A stretch of DNA of 64,000 nt from Eledone cirrhosa. Lineage: Eukaryota. How positions within the stretch are numbered: the first letter of the stretch is position 1; each line of letters opens with the position of its first letter. Below, piece by piece: positions 36,481 through 49,900 of this stretch. Made by a program: the position numbers and the translations under genes. The notes under the pieces were generated by a model. The model saw only the letters and a program-made list of their open reading frames with translations, was not told the DNA's origin and did not search any database. The stretch is from positions 25,668,001 through 25,732,000 of the forward strand of contig OZ024744.1 of NCBI GenBank assembly GCA_964016885.1, written 5' to 3'.

Positions 36481-39400
36481 TAGTGGTTGTTAGTGGTTGT
36501 TAGTAGTTGTTAGTGGTTGTTAGTAGTTGTTATTGGTTGTTAGTGGTTGTTAGTAGTTGTTAGTGGTTGTTAGTAGTTGTTAGTGGTTGTTAGTAATTGT
36601 TATTGGACGTTAGTGGTTGTTAATGGTTGTTAGTAGTGGTTAGTGGTTGTTAGTGTTTGTTAGTGGTTGTTAGTAGTTGTTTGTGGTTGTTAATGGTTAT
36701 TATTGGTTGTTAGTAGTTGTTAGTGGTTGTTAGTGGTTGTTATTGGTTGTTAGTAATTGTTATTGGTCGTTAGTGGTTGTTAATGCTTGTTAGTATTTGT
36801 TAGTGGTTGTTAGTGGTTGTTAGTAGTTGTTAGTTGTTGTTAGTAGTTGTTAGTGGTTGTTAGTGGTTGTTAGTGGTTGTTATTGTTGTTAGTGGTTGTT
36901 AGTGGTTGTTAGTGGTTGTTGTGTGGATGTTAGTGGTTGTTAGTGGTTGTTAGTAGTTGTTAGTGGTTGTTAGTGTTTGTTAGTGGTTGTTAGTGGTTGT
37001 TTGTTGTTGTTAATGGTTATTAGTGGTTGTTAGTAGTTGTTAGTGGTTGTTAGTGGTTGTTACTTGTTGTTAGTATTTGTTAGAGCTTGGTGGTGGTTGT
37101 TAGTGGTTGTTAGTGGTGTTAATAGTTGTTAGTGGTTGTTATTGGTTGTTAGTGGTTGTTAGTGGTTGTTAGTGGTTGTTAGATGTTGTTAGTGGTTGTT
37201 AGTGGTTGTTAGTGGTTGTCAGTAGTTTTTAGTGGTTGTTAGTGTTTGTTAGTGGTTGTTAGTGGTTGTTAGTAGTTGTTCGTGGTTGTTAGTGGTTGTT
37301 AGTGGTTGTTATTGGTTGTTAGTGGTTGTTAGTGGTTGTTAGTGGTTGTTAGATGTTGTTAGTGGTTGTTAGTGGTTGTTAGTGGTTGTTAGTGGTTGTT
37401 AGCGGTTGTTAACGGTTGTTAGTGGCTGTTAGTGTTGTTAGAGGTTGTTAGTGGTTGTTACTGGTTGTTAGTAGTTGTTAGAACTTGGTAGTGGTTGTTA
37501 ATGGTTGTTAGTGGTTGTTAGTAGTTGTTAGTGGTTGTCATTGGTTGTTAGTGGTTGCTAGTGGTTGTTAGTGGTTGTTAGATGTTGTTAGTGGTTGTTA
37601 GTGGTTGTTAGTGGTTGTTATTAGTTGTTAGTGGTTGGCAGTGGTTGCTTGTGGTTGTTAGTGGTTGTTACTAGTTGTTCGTGGTTGTTAGTGTTTGTTA
37701 GTGGTTGTTAGTGGTTATTAGTGGTTGTTTGTGGTTGTTACTGGTTGTTAGTGGTTGTTAGAGCTTGGTAGTGGTTGTTAGTGGTTGTTAGTGGTTGTTA
37801 GTAATTGTTAGTGGTTGTTAGTGGTTGTTAGTGGTTGTTAGTGGTTGTTAGTGGATGTTAGTAGTTGTTAATGGTTGTTAGTGGTTGTTAGTGGTTGTTA
37901 GTAGTTGTTAGTGGTTGTTAGTATTTGTTAACGTTTGATAATGGTTGTTAGTGGTTGTTAGTGGTTGTTAGTAGTTGTTAGTGGTTGTTAGTGGTTGTTT
38001 GTGGTTGTTAGTAGTTGTTAGTGGTTGTTATTAGCTGTTAATGTTTGATAATGTTTGTTAGTAGTTGTTAGTGGCTGTTAGTGGTTGTTAGTGGTTGTTA
38101 GTGGTTGTTAATGGTTGTTAGTGGTTGTTAGTATTTGTTAGTGGTTGTTAGTGGTTGTTAATTGTTGTTATTGGTTGTTAGTAGTTGTTAGTTGTTGTTA
38201 GTTGTTGTTAGTGGTTGTTAGTGGTTGTTAGTGGTTGTTAGTAGTTGTTAGTGGTTGTTATTGGTTGTTAGTGGTTCTTAGTGTTTGTTAGTCGTTGTTA
38301 GCGCTTGTTAGTGATTGTTAGTGTTGTTAGTGGTTGTTAGGGGTTGTTAGTAGTTGTTAGTAGTTGTTAGAAATTGTTAGTGGTTGTTAGTGATTGTTAG
38401 TGGTTGTTAGTTGTTGTTAGTGGTTGTTAGTAGTTGTTATTGGTCGTTAGTGGTTGCTAATGATTATTAGTAGTTGTTAGTGGTTGTTAGTGGTTGGTAG
38501 TGGTTGTTAGTGGTTGTTAGTGGTTGTTAGTGGTTGTTAGTGGTTGTTAGTGGTTGTTAGTGGTTGTTAGTAGTTGTTAGTGGTTGTTAGTGGTTGTTAC
38601 TGATTGTCAGTGGTTGTTAGTGGTTGTTTGTGGTTGTTACTGGTTGTTAGTGGTTGTTAGAGCTTGGTAGTGGTTGTTAGTGTTTGTTAGTGGTTGTTAG
38701 TAATTGTTAGTGGTTGTTAGTGGTTGTTAATGGTTGTTAGTGGTTATTAGTGGTTGTTTGTGGTTGTTACTGGTTGTTAGTGGTTGTTAGAGCTTGGTAG
38801 TGGTTGTTAGTGCTTGTTAGTGGTTGTTAGTAATTGTTAGTGGTTGTTAGTGGTTGTTAGTGGTTGTTACTGGTTGTTAGTGGATGTTAGTAGTTGTTAA
38901 TGGTTGTTAGTGGTTGTTAGTGGTTGTTAGTAGTTGTTAGTGATTGTTAGTGGTTGTTAGTGGGCGTTAGTGGTTGGTAGTGATTGGTAGTGGTTGTTAG
39001 TGTTATTAGTGGTTGTTAGTGGTTGTTATTAGTTGTTAGTGGTTGTTAGTGGTTGTTAGTGGTTGTTAGTGTTTGTTAGTGGTTGTGAGTGGTTGTTAGT
39101 GGATGTTACTCGTTGTTAGTGGTTGTTAGTGGTTGTTAGTGTTTATTAGTGGTTGTTAATGTTTGTTAATTGTTGTTAGTGGTTGTTAGTGGTTGTTAGT
39201 GGTTGTTAGTGGTTGTTAGTGGTCGTTAGTAATTGTTATTGGTGGTTAGTGGTCGTTAATGGTTGTTAGAAGTTGTTCGTGGTTGTTAGTGGTTGTTAGT
39301 GGTTGTTAGTGGTTGTTAGTGGTTGTTAGTGGTTGTTAGTAGTTTTTAGTGATTGTTAGTGGTTGTTAGTGGTTGTTTGTGGTTGTTAATGTTTGTTAGT

Positions 39401-40910
39401 GTTTGTTAGTAGTTGTTAGTGGTTGTTAGTGGTTCTAGTGTTGTTAGTGCTTGTTAGTGGTTGTTAGTGGTTGTTAGTGGTTGTTAGTCGTTGTTAGCGG
39501 TTGTTAGTGGTTGTTAGTGTTGTTAGTGGTTGTTAGTGGTTGTTAGTAGTTGTTAGTGGTTGTTAGTAGTTGTTAGTGGTTGTTAGTAATTGTTATTGGA
39601 CGTTAGTGGTTGTTAATGGTTGTTAGTAGTGTTTAGTGGTTGTTAGTGGTCGTTAGTGATTGTTAGTGTTTGTTAGTGGTTGTTAGTAGTTGTCAGTGGT
39701 TGTTAGTGTTTGTTAGTGGTTGTTAGTGGTTGTTTGTGGTTGTTAATGGTTATTATTGGTTGTTAGTAGTTGTTAGTGGTTGTTAGTGGTTGTTATTGGT
39801 TGTTAGTAATTGTTTTTGGTCGTTAGTGGTTGTTAATGGTTGTTAGTATTTGTTAGTGGTTGTTAGTGGTTGTTAGTGGTTGTTAGTGGTTGTTAGTTGT
39901 TGTTAGTAGTTGTTAGTGGTTGTTAGTGGTTGTTAGTGGTTGTTATTGTTGTTAGTGGTTGTTAGTGGTTGTTAGTGGTTGTTGTGTGGATGTTAGTGGT
40001 TGTTAGTGGTTGTTAGTAGTTGTTAGTGGTTGTTAGTGTTTGTTAGTGGTTGTTAGTATTTGTTAGAGCTTGGTGGTGGTTGTTAGTGTTTGGTAGTGGT
40101 GTTAGTAGTTGTTAGTGGTTGTTATTGGTTGATAGTGGTTGTTAGTGGTTGTTAGTGGTTGTTAGATGTTGTTAGTGGTTGTTAGTGGTTGTTAGTGGTT
40201 GTTAGTAGTTTTTAGTGGTTGTTAGTGTTTGTTAGTGGTTGTTAGTGGTTGTTAGTAGTTGTTCGTGGTTGTTAGTGGTTGTTAGTGGTTGTTATTGGTT
40301 GTTAGTGGTTGTTAGTGGTTGTTAGTGGTTGTTAGATGTTGTTAGTGGTTGTTAGTGGTTGTTAGTGGTTGTTAGTGGTTGTTAGTGGTTGTTACCGGGT
40401 GTTAGTGGCTGTTAGTGTTGTTAGAGTTTGTTAGTGGTTGTTACTGGTTGTTAGTAGTTGTTAGAACTTGGTAGTGGTTGTTAGTAGTTGTTAGTGGTTG
40501 TCATTGGTTGTTAGTGGTTGCTAGTGGTTGTTAGTGGTTGTTAGATGTTGTTAGTGGTTGTTAGTGGTTGTTAGTGGTTGTTATTAGTTGTTAGTGGTTG
40601 GCAGTGGTTGCTTGTGGTTGTTAGTGGTTGTTACTAGTTGTTCGTGGTTGTTAGTGTTTGATAGTGGTTGTTAGTGGTTATTAGTGGTTGTTTGTGGTTG
40701 TTACTGGTTGTTAGTGGTTGTTAGAGCTTGGTAGTGGTTGTTAGTGGTTGTTAGTGGTTGTTAGTAATCGTTAGTGGTTGTTAGTGGTTGTTAGTGGTTG
40801 TTAGTGGTTGTTAGTGGATGTTAGTAGTTGTTAATGGTTGTTAGTGGTTGTTAGTGGTTGTTAGTAGTTGTAAGTGGTTGTTAGTATTTGTTAACGTTTG
40901 ATAATGGTTG
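35970..40910 (+). repeat. Older ~3.0-kb-offset duplication (~35970-37950 vs ~38930-40910), with related copies at ~52490-54520 and ~60150-61850
   Basis: TTAGTGGGCG 36004/38957 (2953), GGACG 36605/39598 (2993), GTGTGGATG 36921/39984 (3063), GGCAG (C position) 37639/40602 (2963). Confidence 0.85.
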
Positions 40911-43900
40911 TTAATGTTTGTTAGTAGTTGTTACTGGTTGTTCGTGGTTGTTAGTGGTTGTTAGTGTTTGTTAGTGGTTGTTAGTGGTAGTTAGCAGTTG
41001 TTATTGGTTTTTAGTGTTGTTAGTGGTTGTTAGTGGTTGTTAGTGGTTGTTAGTAGTTGTTAGAACTTGTTAGTGGTTGTTAATGGTTGTTAATGGTTGT
41101 TAGTGGTTGTTAGTGGTTGTTAGTAGTTGTTAGTGGTTGTTAATGGTTGTTAGTAGTTGTTAGTGGTTGTTAGTGGTTGTTAGTGGTTGTCAGTGGTTGT
41201 TAGTGGTTGTTAGTAATTGTTATTGATTGTTAGTGGTTGTTAACGTTTGTTAGTAGTTGTGAGTGGTTGTTAGAGGTTGTTAATGGTTGTTCGTAGTTGT
41301 TAGTGGTTGTTAGTGGTTGTTAGTGGTTGTTAGTGGTTGTTAGTAATTGTTATTGGTCGTTAGTGGTTGTTAATGGTTGTTAGTAGTTGTTAGTGGTTGT
41401 TAGTAGTTGTTAATGCTTGATAATGGTTGTTAGTGGTTGTTAGTGGTTGTTACCGGTTGTTAGAGGTTGTTAGTGTTGTTAGTGGTTGTTAGTGGTTGTT
41501 AGTGGTTATTAGTGGTTGTTAGTAGTTGTTAGTGGTTGTTATTGGTTGTTAGTGGTTGTTAGTGGTTATTAGTGGTTGTTAGTGGTTGTTAGTAGTTGTT
41601 AGTGATTGTTAATCGTTGTTAGTGCTTGTTTGTGGTTGTTAATGGTTGTTATTGGTTGTTAGTAGTTGTTAGTGGTTGTTTGTGGTTGTTAGTGGTCTTT
41701 AGCGGTTGTTAGTGGTTCTAGTGTAGTTAGTGGTTGTTAGTGGTTGTTAGCGGTTGTTAGTGGTTGTTAGTGTTGTTAGTGGTTGTTAGTGGTTGTTAGT
41801 AGTTGTTAGTGGTTGTTAGTAGTTGTTAGTGGTTGTTAGTGGTTGTTAGTGGTTGTTAGTGGTTGTTACCGGTTATTAGAGGTTGTTAGTTTTGTTAGTG
41901 GTTGTTAATGTTTGGTAGTGTTTGTTAGTGGTTGTTAGTGGTTGTTTGTGGTTGTTAATCGTTATTGGTGGTTGTTAGTATTTGTTATTGGTTGTTAGTG
42001 GTTGTTAGTGGTTGTTAGTGGTTGTTAGTAATTGTTATTGGTCGTTAGCGTTTGTTAATGTTTGTTAGTAGTTGTTAGTGGTTGTTAGTGGTTGTTAGTG
42101 GTTGTTAGTGGTTGTTACCGGTTGTTAGAGGTTGTTAGTGTTGTTAGTGGTTGTTAGTGGTTGTTAGTGGTTGTTAGTGGTTGTTAGTAGTTGTTATTGG
42201 TTGTTATTGGTTGTTAGTGGTTATTAGTGGTTGTTAGTGGTTGTTAGATGTTGTTATTGGTTGTTAGTGGTTGTTAGTAGTTGTTAGTGGTTGTTAGTGG
42301 TTGTTAGTGGTTGTTACTGGTTGTTAGTAGTTGTTAGCGGTTGTTAGTGGTTATTAGTGGTTCTTAGTGGTTGTTAGTGGTTGTTAGTGGTTGTTACTGG
42401 TTGTAAGTAGTTGTTAGTGGTTGCTATAGGTTGTTAGTAGTTGTTAGTGGTTGTTAGTGGTTGTTAGTGGTTGTTAGTGTTTGTTAGTCGTTGTTAGCGG
42501 TTGTTAGTGGTTGTTAGTAGTTGTTAGTGGATGTTATTGGTTGTTACTGGTTGTTAGTAGTTGTTAGTGGTTGTTAGTAGTTGTTAGTGGTTGTTAGTAG
42601 TTGTTAGTAGTTGTTAGTGGTTGTAGTGGTTGTTAGTGGTTGTTAGTGTTGTTAGTGGTTGTTAGTGGTTGTTAGTGGTTGTTAGTGGTTGTTAGCGATT
42701 GTTAGTGGTTGTTAGTAGTTGTTAGTGGTTGTTAGTGGTTGTTAGTGGCTGTTATTGGTTGTTACTGGTTGTTAGTATTTGTTAGTGGTTGTTAGTGGTT
42801 GTTAGTGTTTGTTAGTGGTTGTTAGTGTTGTAAGTGGTTGTTAGTGGTTGTTAGTGGTTGTTAGTGGTTGCTATAGGTTGTTAGTAGTTGTTAGTGGTTG
42901 TTACTGGTTGTTAGTGGTTGTTAGTGTGTGTTAGTCGTTGTTAGCGGTTGTTAGTGATTGTTAGTAATTGTTAGTAGTTGTTAGTGGTTGTTAGTGGTTG
43001 TTAGTGGTTGTAAGTGGATGTTAGTAGTTTTTAATGGTTGTTAGTGTTTGTTATTGGTTGTTACTGGTTGTTAGTGGTTGTTAGTGGTTGTTAGTGGTTG
43101 TTAGTGGTTGTTAGTGGTTGTTAGTGGATGTTAGTAGTTGTTAGTGGTTGTTAGTGGATGTTAGTAGTTGTTAATGGTTGTTAGTGTTTGTTAGTGGTTG
43201 TTAGTAGTTGTTAGTGGTTGTTAGTAGTTGTTAATGCTTGATAATGGTTGTTAGTGGTTGTTAGTGGTTGTTCGTAGTTGTTAATGGTTGTTAGTGTTTG
43301 TTAGTGGTTGTTACAGGTTATTAATGTTGTTAGTGGTTGTTACTGGTTGTTAGTGGTTGTTAGTGGTTGTTAGTGTTTGTTAGTGGTTGTTAGTAGTTGT
43401 TAGTGGTTGTTAGTAGTTGTTAATGCTTGATAACGGTTGTTAGTGGTTGTTAGTGGTTGTTCGTAGTTGTTAGTGGTTGTTAGTGGTTGTTAGTGGTTGT
43501 TAATGGTTGTTAGTGGTTGTTAGTGGATGTTAGTGGATGTTAGTATTTGTTGATGCTTGTTAGTGGTTGTTAGTGGTTGTTATTGGTTGTTAGTGGTTGT
43601 TAGTGGTTGTTAGTAGTTGTTAATGTCTGATAATGGTTGTTAGTAATTGTTAGTGGTTGTTTGTGGTTGTTAGTTGTTGTTAGTGGTTGTTAGTGGTTGT
43701 TAGTGTTTGTTAGTGGTTGTTAGTAGTTTTTAGAGCTTGTTAGTGGTTGTTAATGGTTGTTAATGGTTGTTAGTGTTTGTTAGTGGTTGTTAGTAGTTGT
43801 TAGTGGTTGTTAGTTGTTGTTTGTGGTTGTTAGTGGTTGTTAGAGGTTGTTAGTGTTGTTAGTGGTTGTTACTGGTTTTTAGTGATTGTTAGTGGTTGTT

Positions 43901-46900
43901 AGTGGTTGTTAGTGGTTGTTAGTGGATGTTATTAGTTGTTAATGGTTGTTAGTGTTTGTTAGTGGTTGTTAGTAGTTGTTAGTGGTTGTTAGTAGTTGTT
44001 AGTATTTGTTTGTGGTTGTTAGTAGTTGTTAGTGGTTGTTAGTGGTTGTTAGTGGTTGTTAATGGTTGTTAGTAATTGTTATTGGTCGTCAGTGGTTGTT
44101 AATGGTTGTTAGTAGTTGTTAGTGGTTGGTAGTGGTTGTTAGTTGTTGTTTGTGGTTGTTAGTAATTGTTATTGTTCGTTAGTGGTTGTTAACGGTTGTT
44201 TGTAGTGGTTAGTGGTTGTTAGTGGTTGTTAGTGATTGTTAGTGGTTGTTAGTGGTTGTTAGTAGTCGTTAGTGGTTGTTGGTGGTTGTTAGTGGTTGTT
44301 TGTGGGTGTTCATGGTTGTTAGTGGTTGTTATTAGTTGTTAGTGGTTGTTAGTGGTTGTTAGTGGTCGTTAGTGGTTTTTAGTGGTTGTTAGTAGTTGTT
44401 AGTGGTTGTTACTGGTTGTTAGTGGTTGTTAGTGGTTGTTAGTGGTTGTTAACGGTTGGTTGTGATTGTTAGTGTTGTTAGTGGTTGTTAGTGGTTGTTA
44501 GTAGTTGTTAGTGGTTGTTAGTGGTTGTTAGTGGTTGTTCGTGTTTGTTAGTGGTTGTTAGTGGTTGTTAGTGGTTGTTAGCGGTTGTTAGTGTTTGTTA
44601 GTGTTGTTATTAGGTTGTTAGTGGTTGTTAGTAGTTGTTAGAGGTTGTTAGTGGTGGTTAGTGGTTGTTAGTGGTTGTTAGTGGTTTTTAGTGGTTGTTA
44701 GTAGTTGGTAGTAGTTGTTAGAGGTTGTTAGTGGTTGTTAGTGATTGTTAGTTTTGTTAGTGGTTGTTAGTGACTGCTTGTTAGTAGTTGTTAGTAGGTG
44801 TTAGAGGTTGTTAGTGGTTGTTAGTGGTTGTTAGTGGCTGTTAGAGGTTGTTAGTGGTTTTTAGTAGTTGTTAGTGGTTGTTAGTACTTGTTAGTGGTTG
44901 TTAGTGGTTGTTAATGATTATTAGTAGTTGTTCGTGGTTGTTAGTGGTTGTTAGTGGTTGTTAGTAGTTGTCAGTGGTTGTTAGTGGTTGTTAGTAGTTG
45001 TTAGTGGTTGTTAGTGGTTGTTATTGATTGTCAGCGGTTGTTAGTGGTTGTTAATAATTGTTATTGGTCGTTAGTGGTTTTTAATGTTTGTTAGTAGTTA
45101 TTAGTGATTGTTAGTGGTTGTTAGTGGTTGTTAGTAGTTGTTAGTGATTGTTAGTGGTTGTTAGTGTGCGTTAGTGGTTGGTAGTGATTGGTAGTGGTTG
45201 TTAGTGTTATTAGTGGTTGTTAGTGGTTGTTATTAGTTGTTAGTGGTTGTTAGTGGTTGTTAGTGGTTGTTAGTGTTTGTTAGTGGTTGTGAGTGGTTGT
45301 TAGTGGATGTTACTCGTTGTTAGTGGTTGTTAGTGGTTGTTAGTGATTATTAGTTGTTGTTAATGTTTGTTAATTGTTGTTAGTGGTTGTTAGTGGTTGT
45401 TAGTGGTTGTTAGTGGTTGTTAGTGGTCGTTAGTAATTGTTATTGGTCGTTAGTGGTCGTTAATAGTTGTTAGAAGTTGTTCGTGGTTGTTAGTGGTTGT
45501 TAGTGGTTGTTAGTGGTTGTTAGTGGTTGTTAGTGGTTGTTAGTAGTTTTTAGTGATTGTTAGTGGTTGTTAGTGGTTGTTTGTGGTTGTTAATGTTTGT
45601 TAGTGGTTGTTAGTAGTTGTTAGTGGTTGTTAGTGGTTCTAGTGTTGTTAGTGCTTGTTAGTGGTTGTTAGTGGTTGTTAGTGGTTGTTAGTCGTTGTTA
45701 GCGGTTGTTAGTGGTTGTTAGTGTTGTTAGTGATTGTTAGTAGTTGTTAGTGGTTGTTGGTGGTTGTTAGTGGTTGTTTGTGGGTGTTCATGGTTGTTAG
45801 TGGTTGTTATTAGTTGTTAGTGGTTGTTAGTGGTTGTTAGTGGTTGTTAGTGGTTTTTAGTGGTTGTTAGTAGTTGTTAGTGGTTGTTACTGGTTGTTAG
45901 TGGTTGTTAGTGGTTGTTAGTGGTTGTTAACGGTTGGTAGTGATTGTTAGTGTTGTTAGTGGTTGTTAGTGGTTGTTAGTAGTTGTTAGTGGTTGTTAGT
46001 GGTTGTTAGTGGTTGTTAGTGTTTGTTAGTGGTTGTTAGTGGTTGTTAGTGGTTGTTAGCGGTTGTTAGTGTTTGTTAGTGTTGTTATTAGGTTGTTAGT
46101 GGTTGTTAGTAGTTGTTAGAGGTTGTTAGTGGTGGTTAGTGGTTGTTAGTGGTTGTTAGTGGTTTTTAGTGGTTGTTAGTAGTTGTTAGTAGTTGTTAGA
46201 GGTTGTTAGTGGTTGTTAGCGGTTGTTAGTGATTGTTAGTGTTGTTAGTGGTTGTTAGTGACTGCTTGTTAGTAGTTGTTAGTAGGTGTTAGAGGTTGTT
46301 AGTGGTTGTTAGTGGTTGTTAGTGGCTGTTAGAGGTTGTTAGTGGTTTTTAGTAGTTGTTAGTGGTTGTTAGTACTTGTTAGTGGTTGTTAGTGGTTGTT
46401 AATGATTGTTAGTAGTTGTTCGTGGTTGTTAGTGGTTGTTAGTGGTTGTTAGTAGTTGTCAGTGGTTGTTAGTGGTTGTTAGTAGTTGTTAGTGGTTGTT
46501 AGTGGTTGTTATTGATTGTCAGCGGTTGTTAGTGGTTGTTAATAATTGTTATTGGTCGTTAGTGTTTGTTAATGTTTGTTAGTAGTTGTTAGTGATTGTT
46601 AGTGGTTGTTAGTGGTTGTTAGTAGTTGTTAGTGATTGTTAGTGGTTGTTAGTGGGCGTTAGTGGTTGGTAGTGATTGGTAGTGGTTGTTAGTGTTATTA
46701 GTGGTTGTTAGTGGTTGTTATTAGTTGTTAGTGGTTGTTAGTGGTTGTTAGTGGTTGTTAGTGTTTGTTAGTGGTTGTGAGTGGTTGTTAGTGGATGTTA
46801 CTCGTTGTTAGTGGTTGTTAGTGGTTGTTAGTGATTATTAGTTGTTGTTAATGTTTGTTAATTGTTGTTAGTGCTTGTTAGTGGTTGTTAGTGGTTGTTA

Positions 46901-49900
46901 GTGGTTGTTAGTGGTCGTTAGTAATTGTTATTGGTCGTTAGTGGTCGTTCATGGTTGTTAGAAGTTGTTCGTGGTTGTTAGTGGTTGTTAGTGGTTGTTA
47001 GTGGTTGTTAGTGGTTGTTAGTGATTGTTAGTGGTTCTAGTGTTGTTAGTGCTTGTTAGTGGTTGTTAGTGGCTGTTAGTGGTTGTTAGTCGTTGTTAGC
47101 GGTTGTTAGTGGTTGTTAGTGTTGTTAGTGGTTGTTAGTGGTTGTTAGTAGTTGTTAGTGGTTGTTAGTAGTTGTTATTGGTTGTTAGTGGTTGTTAGTA
47201 GTTGTTAGTGGTTGTTAGTAGTTGTTAGTGGTTGTTAGTAATTGTTATTGGACGTTAGTGGTTGTTAATGGTTGTTAGTAGTGGTTAGTGGTTGTTAGTG
47301 TTTGTTAGTGGTTGTTAGTAGTTGTTTGTGGTTGTTAATGGTTATTATTGGTTGTTAGTAGTTGTTAGTGGTTGTTAGTGGTTGTTATTGGTTGTTAGTA
47401 ATTGTTATTGGTCGTTAGTGGTTGTTAATGCTTGTTAGTATTTGTTAGTGGTTGTTAGTGGTTGTTAGTAGTTGTTAGTTGTTGTTAGTAGTTGTTAGTG
47501 GTTGTTAGTGGTTGTTAGTGGTTGTTATTGTTGTTAGTGGTTGTTAGTGGTTGTTAGTGGTTGTTGTGTGGATGTTAGTGGTTGTTAGTGGTTGTTAGTA
47601 GTTGTTAGTGGTTGTTAGTGTTTGTTAGTGGTTGTTAGTGGTTGTTTGTTGTTGTTAATGGTTATTAGTGGTTGTTAGTAGTTGTTAGTGGTTGTTAGTG
47701 GTTGTTACTTGTTGTTAGTATTTGTTAGAGCTTGGTGGTGGTTGTTAGTGGTTGTTAGTGGTGTTAATAGTTGTTAGTGGTTGTTATTGGTTGTTAGTGG
47801 TTGTTAGTGGTTGTTAGTGGTTGTTAGATGTTGTTAGTGGTTGTTAGTGGTTGTTAGTGGTTGTCAGTAGTTTTTAGTGGTTGTTAGTGTTTGTTAGTGG
47901 TTGTTAGTGGTTGTTAGTAGTTGTTCGTGGTTGTTAGTGGTTGTTAGTGGTTGTTATTGGTTGTTAGTGGTTGTTAGTGGTTGTTAGTGGTTGTTAGATG
48001 TTGTTAGTGGTTGTTAGTGGTTGTTAGTGGTTGTTAGTGGTTGTTAGCGGTTGTTAACGGTTGTTAGTGGCTGTTAGTGTTGTTAGAGGTTGTTAGTGGT
48101 TGTTACTGGTTGTTAGTAGTTGTTAGAACTTGGTAGTGGTTGTTAATGGTTGTTAGTGGTTGTTAGTAGTTGTTAGTGGTTGTCATTGGTTGTTAGTGGT
48201 TGCTAGTGGTTGTTAGTGGTTGTTAGATGTTGTTAGTGGTTGTTAGTGGTTGTTAGTGGTTGTTATTAGTTGTTAGTGGTTGGCAGTGGTTGCTTGTGGT
48301 TGTTAGTGGTTGTTACTAGTTGTTCGTGGTTGTTAGTGTTTGTTAGTGGTTGTTAGTGGTTATTAGTGGTTGTTTGTGGTTGTTACTGGTTGTTAGTGGT
48401 TGTTAGAGCTTGGTAGTGGTTGTTAGTGGTTGTTAGTGGTTGTTAGTAATTGTTAGTGGTTGTTAGTGGTTGTTAGTGGTTGTTAGTGGTTGTTAGTGGA
48501 TGTTAGTAGTTGTTAATGGTTGTTAGTGGTTGTTAGTGGTTGTTAGTAGTTGTTAGTGGTTGTTAGTATTTGTTAACGTTTGATAATGGTTGTTAGTGGT
48601 TGTTAGTGGTTGTTAGTAGTTGTTAGTGGTTGTTAGTGGTTGTTTGTGGTTGTTAGTAGTTGTTAGTGGTTGTTATTAGCTGTTAATGTTTGATAATGTT
48701 TGTTAGTAGTTGTTAGTGGCTGTTAGTGGTTGTTAGTGGTTGTTAGTGGTTGTTAATGGTTGTTAGTGGTTGTTAGTATTTGTTAGTGGTTGTTAGTGGT
48801 TGTTAATTGTTGTTATTGGTTGTTAGTAGTTGTTAGTTGTTGTTAGTTGTTGTTAGTGGTTGTTAGTGGTTGTTAGTGGTTGTTAGTAGTTGTTAGTGGT
48901 TGTTATTGGTTGTTAGTGGTTCTTAGTGTTTGTTAGTCGTTGTTAGCGCTTGTTAGTGATTGTTAGTGTTGTTAGTGGTTGTTAGGGGTTGTTAGTAGTT
49001 GTTAGTAGTTGTTAGAAATTGTTAGTGGTTGTTAGTGATTGTTAGTGGTTGTTAGTTGTTGTTAGTGGTTGTTAGTAGTTGTTATTGGTCGTTAGTGGTT
49101 GCTAATGATTATTAGTAGTTGTTAGTGGTTGTTAGTGGTTGGTAGTGGTTGTTAGTGGTTGTTAGTGGTTGTTAGTGGTTGTTAGTGGTTGTTAGTGGTT
49201 GTTAGTGGTTGTTAGTAGTTGTTAGTGGTTGTTAGTGGTTGTTACTGATTGTCAGTGGTTGTTAGTGGTTGTTTGTGGTTGTTACTGGTTGTTAGTGGTT
49301 GTTAGAGCTTGGTAGTGGTTGTTAGTGTTTGTTAGTGGTTGTTAGTAATTGTTAGTGGTTGTTAGTGGTTGTTAATGGTTGTTAGTGGTTATTAGTGGTT
49401 GTTTGTGGTTGTTACTGGTTGTTAGTGGTTGTTAGAGCTTGGTAGTGGTTGTTAGTGCTTGTTAGTGGTTGTTAGTAATTGTTAGTGGTTGTTAGTGGTT
49501 GTTAGTGGTTGTTACTGGTTGTTAGTGGATGTTAGTAGTTGTTAATGGTTGTTAGTGGTTGTTAGTGGTTGTTAGTAGTTGTTAGTGATTGTTAGTGGTT
49601 GTTAGTGGGCGTTAGTGGTTGGTAGTGATTGGTAGTGGTTGTTAGTGTTATTAGTGGTTGTTAGTGGTTGTTATTAGTTGTTAGTGGTTGTTAGTGGTTG
49701 TTAGTGGTTGTTAGTGTTTGTTAGTGGTTGTGAGTGGTTGTTAGTGGATGTTACTCGTTGTTAGTGGTTGTTAGTGGTTGTTAGTGTTTATTAGTGGTTG
49801 TTAATGTTTGTTAATTGTTGTTAGTGGTTGTTAGTGGTTGTTAGTGGTTGTTAGTGGTTGTTAGTGGTCGTTAGTAATTGTTATTGGTGGTTAGTGGTCG

